Both the position numbers and the translations under genes were made by a program. The notes beneath the pieces were generated by a model, which was not told where the DNA came from, searched no databases, and was given only the letters and a program-made list of their open reading frames with translations. From an uncultured cyanobacterium (GTDB lineage: Bacteria; Cyanobacteriota; Cyanobacteriia; Cyanobacteriales; Cyanobacteriaceae): 64,000 nucleotides of DNA. Shown here piece after piece: positions 55,926 to 64,000 of the stretch; position 1 is the first letter of the stretch; every line of letters starts with the position of its first letter. The stretch is taken from positions 672,001 to 736,000 of the forward strand of contig CAVQBA010000004.1 in NCBI GenBank assembly GCA_963710605.1, in the 5' to 3' direction.

Positions 55926-56148
55926 GTAGGTTGGGTTGAAGCCTCTTCAAGTTTAATACACAAACGATACATTAAATAATAGCGAAACCCAACAACCAAA
56001 CGTTTAAAATATAAAACCCTATTCTCTTCTACAAATCTAATTTTTATTTTCATTATGTTTGCTTTCCTCACGACAAAAAATGTTGGGTTTCGTTGTTTAT
56101 ATATTTTTAGAATTAAAGATAAGTTTTTTCTAGCTCAACCCAACCTAC
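55926..56148. mobile_element. REP-doublet/MITE-like element
   Basis: Terminal inverted repeats gtaggttgggttga / tcaacccaacctac; inner cgaaacccaaca / tgttgggtttcg. Confidence 0.75.
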
Positions 56149-56160
56149 TGCTACTTTTTA

Positions 56161-56763
56161 TTAGCCATGTTTATTTCTCGATATAATGTTCTTTAGTTCG
56201 GATACTGACATTGGCGGTTGTTCTAAATGAAGTATAGAGTGACAATTTGGACAGACAGGTCTTAAATCTTCGATGGGATCGATGCGGTATTCTTTCTTAA
56301 TGTCAGAAATTGGCTTGATGTGGTGTACATGAATAAAACCTTTAGCTAAATTGCCATAAATGTCTTCCAGACTTACACCGCAGACACTACAAGAATAGCC
56401 ATAATGATTTATGCAGGCGGTTCTTGCATTTCTATCTCTTTCGTATTTGTTTACGGTAATTTTGGTAACTGAACCTTCCCTATATCCTATATCAGATACT
56501 TCTTCTGGCAAGGAGGCCAAAATGGATTTCGTTAGAACGTAACCAGGAAGGCTAGAAATTTTATGCGGTATATTTGTTCTTTTACCAATTTTTATATCGT
56601 TATTCTCAAGTTCATCCTTATCTTCAATAATGACATAACCGCACCGATCAAACAGGGCGCAAGGATATTTTGTAATCCCCGCATAGAAATTACCCCAATC
56701 ACTATAAAGTGCTTGTGCGACATTCAGCGACAAGTCTTTAGCTAGCTTATTTCCTTTGCTCAA
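56161..56763 (-). CDS. HNH endonuclease (McrA-like C-terminal domain), integron-cassette-like
   Basis: YERDRNAR...CSVCG...IHVHHIKP...DLRPVCPNCHSILH; GTTAGCC just upstream and GGCTAA at the stop. Confidence 0.85.
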   Translation of the reverse strand: MSKGNKLAKDLSLNVAQALYSDWGNFYAGITKYPCALFDRCGYVIIEDKDELENNDIKIGKRTNIPHKISSLPGYVLTKSILASLPEEVSDIGYREGSVTKITVNKYERDRNARTACINHYGYSCSVCGVSLEDIYGNLAKGFIHVHHIKPISDIKKEYRIDPIEDLRPVCPNCHSILHLEQPPMSVSELKNIISRNKHG

Positions 56764-56780
56764 CTCGTAATCCTATTTTT

Positions 56781-56847
56781 GGCTAACTTATAATTGTACC
56801 GCGACCACGGTACGATACAACCTACCGCATCTGCGGTAAGATGTCAA
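56781..56847 (-). promoter_or_regulatory. attI-like site with Pc-like promoter(s)
   Basis: Minus strand TTGACA-N17-TAGGTT, then TTGTAT-N16-TACAAT-TATAA-GTTAGCC; two TACCG-N6-CGGTA palindromes. Confidence 0.6.
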
Positions 56848-56948
56848 GCTCTTCTTATTCCATTTCTGACTCTCCTTTTCTTAATCAAGTCCGACAAACC
56901 ATTCGTCTAAAACAGATGAGTCGTCGTACTGAAGAAAGCTATGGATGA
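56841..56948 (+). pseudogene. intI: N-terminal stub of an integron integrase
   Basis: Manual translation MSSSSYSISDSPFLNQVRQTIRLKQMSRRTEESYG*, resembling the IntI N-terminus ([21 protein letters not shown] in IntI1); divergent from the cassette. Confidence 0.7.
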
Positions 56949-56989
56949 TAAAATGGGGCTAAACTTGCATAAAATAGTTTTAAAACTAG

Positions 56990-57334
56990 ATGGCAAAATT
57001 ACCAGTTGTTATACTACAATCAATTTTCGATCTTCTGCAAGATTTATCAGAACTAGTTGATGATGCTACAAACGCTGAATATTTGCTTTTTGAGCGTTTT
57101 GGTGAAACGGAAGAAACAATTAATTCTTTAGATGAATTGAAAAGTGTTGCTTTAGAATCTGCTTCTCGTTATTCTCAACTTGCTAATTTACGTCTTAGAT
57201 TAGCAGAAAATCAACCGAAATTATCGAAAGAAATGTTAGCATTACTAGAAAAAACAATTAACCAAAATCAGCAGAGGATTCCTGCGATGAAACGTAGTAT
57301 TGAAGAAATCAAAATTGAAGGGGGGTTATCATGA
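56990..57334 (+). CDS. Hypothetical helical protein
   Basis: 114-aa ORF; stop overlaps the next start (ATGA). Confidence 0.65.
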   Translation: MAKLPVVILQSIFDLLQDLSELVDDATNAEYLLFERFGETEETINSLDELKSVALESASRYSQLANLRLRLAENQPKLSKEMLALLEKTINQNQQRIPAMKRSIEEIKIEGGLS

Positions 57335-57534
57335 ATCAACAATCTTTTATTCCTAATTCAGAAACTAGAAAACGTCTTGTTACTAATTTACGTCACACTC
57401 GTTTAGATTTACAAAACTTTGGGTTACAGTTAGAAGAATTATTAGCCAGTGTTGAAAAAGAAATTCGAGAACAAAAGTTAAAAAGATTACAAAAAAATCA
57501 ATCTAATACTGAAGTATCACAAGAATTGATTTAA
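57331..57534 (+). CDS. Small coiled-coil hypothetical protein
   Basis: 67-aa ORF translationally coupled to the upstream gene. Confidence 0.55.
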   Translation: MNQQSFIPNSETRKRLVTNLRHTRLDLQNFGLQLEELLASVEKEIREQKLKRLQKNQSNTEVSQELI

Positions 57535-57614
57535 AGAGGTTAAAAAAAGTTAGGGAAGGTTAAAATATTAAGTCTTTGGAACTTATACTATTTCTTAGCT
57601 TTTATTCTTAATTT

Positions 57615-58364
57615 ATGAAACGTTGGAATCTGATTTTGTCTGGCATTATATTCTCGATCGCTTCTATTTTCTTATTAAGCTCATTTTATACTTACGAACC
57701 AATTGAAGCTCAATCTAATTCCACTTATCAATATCGAGCTTTTCATAATCCTGATGGTATCGGTAAATTTTATTTAGGTCGAGAAATAGCCAAAGTAATG
57801 GGGCATCAAGAATTTCTTTGGTTAGAGCGTCCGAGTCGAGAAGCTGAGGAAAAACCCAGTGAAGCGATCGAAGCATTGAATTTAAAGCCTACTGATGTAG
57901 TAGCTGATATCGGTGCAGGTTCGGGATATTTAAGTTTTAAGATTGCCGAGAAAGTACCTCAAGGTAAAGTATATGCAGTAGATATACAACCAGAAATGAT
58001 CGATATTCTTGATTTTTTGAGTAAAGAAAATCCTGATTTACCAGTTGTGCCTGTATTAGGTAGCGAAACTTCTCCTAATCTAAAACCAGATTCGATTGAT
58101 TTAGCGATTATGGTAGATGCTTACCACGAGTTTACTTACCCTCAAGAAATGATGGAAGCATTGGTTAAAGCCCTCAAACCCAAAGGTAGAGTCGTGTTAC
58201 TAGAATACCGTAAAGAAAACCCCTTAATTGCAATTAAGGGAGTTCATAAAATGACTGAAAAACAAGTTAAAAAAGAAATGAAAGCGATCGGTTTAGAATG
58301 GGTAACTAATGAGAAATTTTTACCAACACAACATTATTTAGTCTTTGAAAAAGGTTCAACATAA
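57615..58364 (+). CDS. Class I SAM-dependent methyltransferase
   Basis: VADIGAGSGY; AVDIQPEM; VDAYHEF. Confidence 0.9.
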   Translation: MKRWNLILSGIIFSIASIFLLSSFYTYEPIEAQSNSTYQYRAFHNPDGIGKFYLGREIAKVMGHQEFLWLERPSREAEEKPSEAIEALNLKPTDVVADIGAGSGYLSFKIAEKVPQGKVYAVDIQPEMIDILDFLSKENPDLPVVPVLGSETSPNLKPDSIDLAIMVDAYHEFTYPQEMMEALVKALKPKGRVVLLEYRKENPLIAIKGVHKMTEKQVKKEMKAIGLEWVTNEKFLPTQHYLVFEKGST

Positions 58365-58436
58365 AAATAGTTTTTCTTTAAATGCTTATCGATTGAATTG
58401 AGAAAATTCGTGATTATGTCAAGTTGATTTTAATAG

Positions 58437-58597
58437 TTATAGCGAGGCACGATTTAACAGGACATTTTTAATTTTAGGTTTGCAGTTAACTTTAGTTAAC
58501 GTACATGGTTAGCCTTGAACTTAAGTTCAAGGCTCAAAGAAAATCGTTCAATAAATTGAACTAAAATTATGTCCTAATTCTCTAGTTTTAAGCCATA
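58437..58597. mobile_element. TATAGC-ended MITE-like element with internal palindromes
   Basis: ttatagcg...aggaca / tgtcct...gccata; perfect 24-bp palindrome agccttgaacttaagttcaaggct at 58511-58534. Confidence 0.55.
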
Positions 58598-58707
58598 CAA
58601 TATGTCTTGATTTAATTGTATCGGAGTAATTCATGTACAAACCCTAATATCATTTATCACTAATTACTAGAACTTGATCTTAAAACAATTCTTTTTTTTC
58701 GATTATC

Positions 58708-60177
58708 TTAGATATTCTCCTCCATCTCAGTCTCCAAAAAACCCGTATAAGCCTCCATACCATGTTCTCCAATATCCAAACCGAGGTATTCTTCCTCTGG
58801 AGAGACTCTTAAGCCAAAGAGCGACTTTAATATTGACCAAAAAACAGTACTCAAAACAACCATCGTTAAGCCAATGCTAACAATTCCAACAATTTGGGTA
58901 ATTAGCAAATTAATATTACCAGTACTAAACAGTCCAGAGATAGCCTCATCGCCAGTAATATTTATATCTGCAAATAAACCAACGGCAATAGTACCCCAAA
59001 CACCATTAACCAAATGTACTGATATAGCACCAACAGGATCATCAATTTTAATTTTATCAAAAAAATAGACTGCTAAAACAACTAAAAATCCAGCAAAGAC
59101 ACCAATGACGATCGCACTAGAATAAGATACCATTGAACAACCTGCGGTAATAGCCACTAATCCCGATAAAATACCATTAATACTTAAAGACAGATCAGGT
59201 TTTCCTGCCAAAAACCAACTAGTTAAAGTAGCAGTAATTCCTCCAGAAGCGGCGGCTAAATTAGTCGTCACCGCAATATAAGCGATATTTTCACCCACTG
59301 CCATTGTTGAACCGGGGTTAAACCCAAACCAACCTATCCAAAGAATAAAACAACCTAAAGTTGCAATACTTAAGTTATGTCCAGGTAAGGGTAATGGCAT
59401 TCCATTAGCTTGATATTTACCGATTCTAGGACCTAAAATTATTGCTCCTGTCAATGCACACCAGCCACCGACAGAGTGGACTACTGTTGAACCAGCAAAA
59501 TCAGTAAAACCAATATTTTGTAACCATCCTCCACCCCATGTCCAATGTCCAATAATTGGATAGGCGATCGCAACTAATAAAAAACTAAACAAAATAAAAT
59601 CGATAAATTTAACTCTTTCGGCTACTGCACCAGAGACGATTGTTGCCGCCGTACCAGCGAAAGCAACCTGAAATAAAAATTTTGCCGACAAAGGTACTCC
59701 AGCCCAACTAAGGGATGTATAAACCCCCTTATAAGTAGATCCCATCATTGGACTGTTATCAGCTCCATTAAGAAAAAAACCTTGTAAACCAAACAAACTA
59801 TTACCATCACCAAACATCAAGGCAAAACCTAAAGCCCAAAAAGCGATCGTAGAAATAGCGAAAACAATTAAGTTTTTAGATAGCATATTAACCGCATTTT
59901 TCCGCCGACAAAAACCAGTTTCTAGCATTGCAAAACCAGCATTCATGGTAATAACTAATACTGAAGCTATTACTACCCATAAAGTATCTAATCCAACTTT
60001 TAATTCTGAAGTTGTAATCGTAGTTAATTCTGTCGTACTTTCTTGAGCGTAAACTGCATAACTCGAACATAACAATAGAATACAGCTTAATAAAACGCAC
60101 CCTTGCCAACTATTTGAATTTTTAATTGTATTGACAATTATTTGAATTTTTCTTCTCTGAATTCGACTTAGTGACAT
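58708..60177 (-). CDS. amt: Ammonium transporter
   Basis: [45 protein letters not shown]. Confidence 0.96.
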   Translation of the reverse strand: MSLSRIQRRKIQIIVNTIKNSNSWQGCVLLSCILLLCSSYAVYAQESTTELTTITTSELKVGLDTLWVVIASVLVITMNAGFAMLETGFCRRKNAVNMLSKNLIVFAISTIAFWALGFALMFGDGNSLFGLQGFFLNGADNSPMMGSTYKGVYTSLSWAGVPLSAKFLFQVAFAGTAATIVSGAVAERVKFIDFILFSFLLVAIAYPIIGHWTWGGGWLQNIGFTDFAGSTVVHSVGGWCALTGAIILGPRIGKYQANGMPLPLPGHNLSIATLGCFILWIGWFGFNPGSTMAVGENIAYIAVTTNLAAASGGITATLTSWFLAGKPDLSLSINGILSGLVAITAGCSMVSYSSAIVIGVFAGFLVVLAVYFFDKIKIDDPVGAISVHLVNGVWGTIAVGLFADINITGDEAISGLFSTGNINLLITQIVGIVSIGLTMVVLSTVFWSILKSLFGLRVSPEEEYLGLDIGEHGMEAYTGFLETEMEENI

Positions 60178-60206
60178 GAAAGTTATTATAATAAATGGTC
60201 TTCGAC

Positions 60207-60249
60207 ATTATATGCAGAAACATCAATTATTTAAAGCATTCAACATTAC
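60207..60249 (-). promoter_or_regulatory. NtcA-activated (class II-like) promoter of amt
   Basis: Minus strand GTA-ATGTTGAA-TGC (one mismatch to GTAN8TAC), N23, TATAAT. Confidence 0.6.
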
Positions 60250-60261
60250 AATTAGATTAAT

Positions 60262-61886
60262 TTATCCATAAATCATAATTAATTTGTCATTATAGTTATA
60301 TATTTCTACTTTAGTTTGGTATTTTACGCTCAAATATTGATAATTATTTTCAACTTGTTCTATGTGTTGTCCTAATTGTTCTTTTTTATTTGGGTTATTC
60401 AAACTAAATAAAGTACTTATTTTTGTAAAATATTCTTGAGTTAAGAAGATTTTAATTTTTTTTTATCAATTTCATAAGTACAAATTTCTTCGCTCCCTGA
60501 ACAAATATTATTTAATTCTTCCCTGATTTCTTCTTGTTTAACCGCCTCAGTTAATGATATTTCGGCTAAGACTAAATTTTTGGTTACTGTTTGTTCTAGA
60601 TTAGTCGCATCTTGACTAACTAAACTATTATTCGGCACTTGAGCTAACGATTCAAGAGCTTTTTGCCAAAACTCTACTGCTTTTGTCCACTGATTATTTT
60701 CTTCAGATTCTTGAGCTAATTTGATATTTTCTTGAGCTAATTGGAAAGAATTATCAGCTTGTTTTTCTACGGTTAGTTTTGTTTGTACATTGATTATTTC
60801 CGACAAATAACTATTTAAAAGCTCTTCTTTTTTATCCGCTGATTTAGTATCTACAGGTATTTCTTCTATTTTAGAAATCGCATTTTGCCATTGTTGTTCT
60901 GTTTGTTCTAAGTTAGATAAAGAATTGATACTTTGCTGATTTGCTTTTATCTCTTGAACAATTATTTGAGCATTAGCTAACTTTTCAATACCTGTTTTTT
61001 CAGCTTCAATACGGTTATTAACTGTATAAATTATTCCCTGATAACTTTCTATTTTTTCTTCTTTAGGAGCAATCAAATCTGGTGTGGAAACCATGTTTAG
61101 TTCTTCGATCGCTTTTTCTAAATATGATTGTACTCTTGTCCATTCTTTCAGTGAAAGTGGCAATTGTTGACGCATATTCTCAGATCGTTCAACTTGGCTA
61201 TAAGCTTCTAAAAAATAATTTAAATCATTGATAATATCACGATATGATTCAATTAATTGACTAGCTTGAACAAAAGAATCTGACCAGCGAGGAATTCTTT
61301 GTAAATCTTTAATCGCTGTTACTAATTCAGCCTTTAAATCAACTATGTTTGCCTCAGTTAAATCAGTTGTTGATTTAGTTTTTAATACATCCGAAACTGT
61401 TGCCTCAGTACTAGTAATTATTTCGCATTTTTCCATGACGCAAGGGCGAGAAAAGTAATAAACTACTCCAATCGTAATCACGGATAAAACACTGAAAATG
61501 AAAATAACAAAACCACTAGAAAAATTAGCTGAAGAGTATTTTTTTTCTGGCGGTGAAGACTTTTCTAATTCATTTTTGGCTAGATAGTCTTCTTTACTTG
61601 CCGCATAAATTTGTTGACGATCGTGACTGTTGCAAATGGTAAAATCATTAACTACACTATGATGATCAATTATTTCGGCAATTAAATCAATTAGTATTTC
61701 GATTTCATTAGCGGTAGCAGAATCATCAATTAAAAAGACTAATAAATCATCTTCTTGCTGACAAGCTATGGGTATTTTTACGGTTAAACGATTGTCAAGA
61801 GAAATTCTTTCTTGCAGTTGCTTTAACAACGTTTCCGAATCAATTGTTGTACCTATCGAGGTTTTAATCATCGAACTTTTTATCAA
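60262..61886 (-). CDS. Membrane-anchored helical-repeat hypothetical protein, frameshifted at an A9 run (60456-60464)
   Basis: 481-aa ORF stops just after the A9 run; adding one A continues the frame to TAA at 60262. Confidence 0.65.
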
Positions 61887-62071
61887 TCAGTAAATATGAC
61901 AAGATAACTATTGTATAACTTAAAACCATTTAGTTATTCAAACCAATCAACTAATATTTTTTTTAGTTATTGATAGCTTCTATTTTAATTTACCCCATCA
62001 AAAATAAAGAAGCAGGATGAATTCCAAAACAATAAGAATACCACATCCAACTTCTAATCTTGATAATTAAC

Positions 62072-62410
62072 TTAGTTTGTACCTGAAAAAACGATCGCAG
62101 GAAACTTTTCTTGTGCTTGAAACATGGTAAATTTTTTACTGTTTTCTTGCCAAAAATTAATTACTTCTGTCGCTTGATTGAGTAACTCAATTTTTTCGTT
62201 GTCGGTAATCCAAGTTTTTAAGTCTAACTCATCTTTTAACTCTTGCCAAGCATCTGTTCGTGGCCAAAAGTAATAAGGGGTTAAAGGGCTAATTCCTTTA
62301 CTAATAACATAGTCAACAGCTAAAGCCGCATTTTTTTCTAGCCAGACTACTTTTAAAACGAATCGAGAATCAATTTTATTTTCAACTTGGGTTTCTACTG
62401 TGGACTCCAA
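62072..62410 (-). CDS. ycf65: 30S ribosomal protein PSRP-3 (Ycf65)
   Basis: RFVLKVVWLEKN...SPLTPYYFWPRTDAWQELK; GGAGG RBS. Confidence 0.92.
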   Translation of the reverse strand: MESTVETQVENKIDSRFVLKVVWLEKNAALAVDYVISKGISPLTPYYFWPRTDAWQELKDELDLKTWITDNEKIELLNQATEVINFWQENSKKFTMFQAQEKFPAIVFSGTN

Positions 62411-62502
62411 TTAAACCTCCGAGAGTGATTATTAAGGTACTAAATATTATTTTACACAATATAACATTATAGCTTAATATTGATAGTTAATCTTAAGTAT
62501 AA

Positions 62503-63303
62503 GTGGAAAAAATGCCAGCGATCGTAATTTTTGATATTGATGGTGTCATCAGAGACGTAACAAATTCCTATCGTCGTGCTTTAGCCGACACAGTCGAACA
62601 CTTTACTAGCTATGCTTTTCGTCCAACGATGAGAAATATAGACAACCTCAAAGCCGAGGGAAAATGGAATAACGATTGGGAAGGCTCACAAGAATTGATT
62701 TATCGCCATTACGAAGAATATGAAAACAAATCCAGAAAAGAAATTAGTCTTGACTATGACAAAATTGTTGAGTTTTTTCAATCCCGTTATCGTGGTAATC
62801 AATTAGATAATCCTGATAAATGGGAAGGTTACATCACCACCGAGCCTTTATTAGTCGATCAAAACTATTTTGATATATTGACCGAAAATAAACTAGCTTG
62901 GGGTTTTTTTAGTGGTGCAACAACAGGCTCAGCTAAATATATTCTTGAAAAACGTTTAGGTTTAGATAACCCCGTTTTAGTAGCCATGGAAGATGCCCCC
63001 GGAAAACCTGAACCAACTGGCTTATTTTTAGCGGTGAAATTGGTTGAAGAAAGATTTTCTTTGGTTAAAGATTCCTTTCCCGTTATCTATTTAGGAGATA
63101 CTGTTGCTGATATGACAACAATTATTAAAGCACGAAAAATACAACCAGAAAGAGAATTTATGGCGATCGGTGTTTTACCTCCTCATGTCAACTATGATGA
63201 TAAAGTCAAAGATAATTATCGTCGTCAGTTATTTAAAGCAGGGGCAACTCATGTCGTTAATCAGGTTTCTGAATTTAATAGTATGGGAATTATTGATAAT
63301 TGA
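62503..63303 (+). CDS. HAD-superfamily hydrolase (TIGR01548-like)
   Basis: FDIDGVIRDV; WNNDW; KPEP; YLGDTVADM. Confidence 0.88.
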   Translation: MEKMPAIVIFDIDGVIRDVTNSYRRALADTVEHFTSYAFRPTMRNIDNLKAEGKWNNDWEGSQELIYRHYEEYENKSRKEISLDYDKIVEFFQSRYRGNQLDNPDKWEGYITTEPLLVDQNYFDILTENKLAWGFFSGATTGSAKYILEKRLGLDNPVLVAMEDAPGKPEPTGLFLAVKLVEERFSLVKDSFPVIYLGDTVADMTTIIKARKIQPEREFMAIGVLPPHVNYDDKVKDNYRRQLFKAGATHVVNQVSEFNSMGIIDN

Positions 63304-63468
63304 CAATTGATAATTAAACTACCTATTATCTGTTAGCTATAAATTGTGATAAATACTATTCTTTTATTATCTTCTTACAAGTTTGGTTAACAATCAAAAA
63401 TCGATCGTTAAAACTTAGAGAAGTTGAGGTGTAACGTCTTAATCTTCAATCAAAAAGTACAACTAAGC

Positions 63469-64000
63469 TTAAAAAGTCAAATTTAATCGGGAGGTAAGAG
63501 AAAAAATACCAAATACTAATAAAATACCTCCGCTAAGAGGATTTATCCATTGAGTGAACCCTCTCAAATTAAGAAAATTTTTAATCGTACCTGTAAAAGT
63601 ACCAGCTAAAATAAGGGGGAAAACATAACCGATCGCATAACTAAGTAAAAAGACAGAACTCAACACCGTGTTTTGGCTACTACCAACATATGCCAGTAAA
63701 GTAATCAAAACAGGGGTACTGCAAGGAGAGGCAACCAAACCAAATGTCAAACCCAATAAATAAGATTTAACACTATCAGGTAGAGTTTCTTTAATCGAAG
63801 CACCTAAATCGAAGTTAGGAAATTTTAAAGGAATAATTTCTAATAAATTCAATCCCATTATAATAGCGATCGTACTCACAAAAATAGGTAAACCAATGCC
63901 AATTTGCCCGTAAACTTTACCTAATAAAGCCGCAAAAATACCCAAAATTGCTAACGTAGTAGCTAACCCCAAGGCAAAATAAGTAGATTGTAGAAAAGAA
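63469..64000 (-). CDS. ccdA: Cytochrome c biogenesis protein CcdA, 5' end outside the window
   Basis: GLTFGLVASPCSTPVL; frame open to the window edge. Confidence 0.9.
   Translation of the reverse strand, partial: SFLQSTYFALGLATTLAILGIFAALLGKVYGQIGIGLPIFVSTIAIIMGLNLLEIIPLKFPNFDLGASIKETLPDSVKSYLLGLTFGLVASPCSTPVLITLLAYVGSSQNTVLSSVFLLSYAIGYVFPLILAGTFTGTIKNFLNLRGFTQWINPLSGGILLVFGIFSLTSRLNLTF

Larger units (their letters stand above)
1..64000. repeat. Dispersed HIP1 octamer GCGATCGC and CGATCG cores
   Basis: Many copies in genes and intergenic DNA, e.g. 1666, 5247, 9745, 17947, 20478, 55887. Confidence 0.9.

Noticed and set aside
55757-56071. 104-aa ORF, plus overlapping ORFs 55516-55749 and 55788-55979
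   Set aside because: The N-terminal half is read through the MITE and SDR5 repeats. Only the last ~45 codons may be a real gene remnant.
60178-60261. Glutamine riboswitch upstream of amt
   Set aside because: The predicted leader is too short and has no glnA-motif sequence.

Overview
AT-rich cyanobacterial chromosome segment. HIP1 octamers (GCGATCGC), psbB-psbT, ndhV, crr7, ycf65 and mgdA support this, and the style suggests a Cyanobacterium/Geminocystis-like unicellular strain (inference). Most of the window is scattered housekeeping, photosynthesis and signalling genes, with many small intergenic repeats (GTAG-type REP-like hairpins, TATAGC-ended MITE-like elements, heptamer tandem repeats). 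The most notable region is about 55.7-56.95 kb, which looks like a relict integron: a 35-codon integron-integrase-like N-terminal stub (below the ORF-track cut-off) faces away from an attI-like site with Pc-like promoters, followed by an HNH-nuclease cassette and a second cassette remnant with half an attC. Other points: an orphan IS200/IS605 right end (omegaRNA-like), a nested MITE, three single-base frameshifts (nrdR, hemL, a membrane protein), a truncated bacterioferritin and an unannotated MGMT pseudogene. No rRNA, tRNA or CRISPR array was seen. All calls come from reading the sequence; no searches were run.
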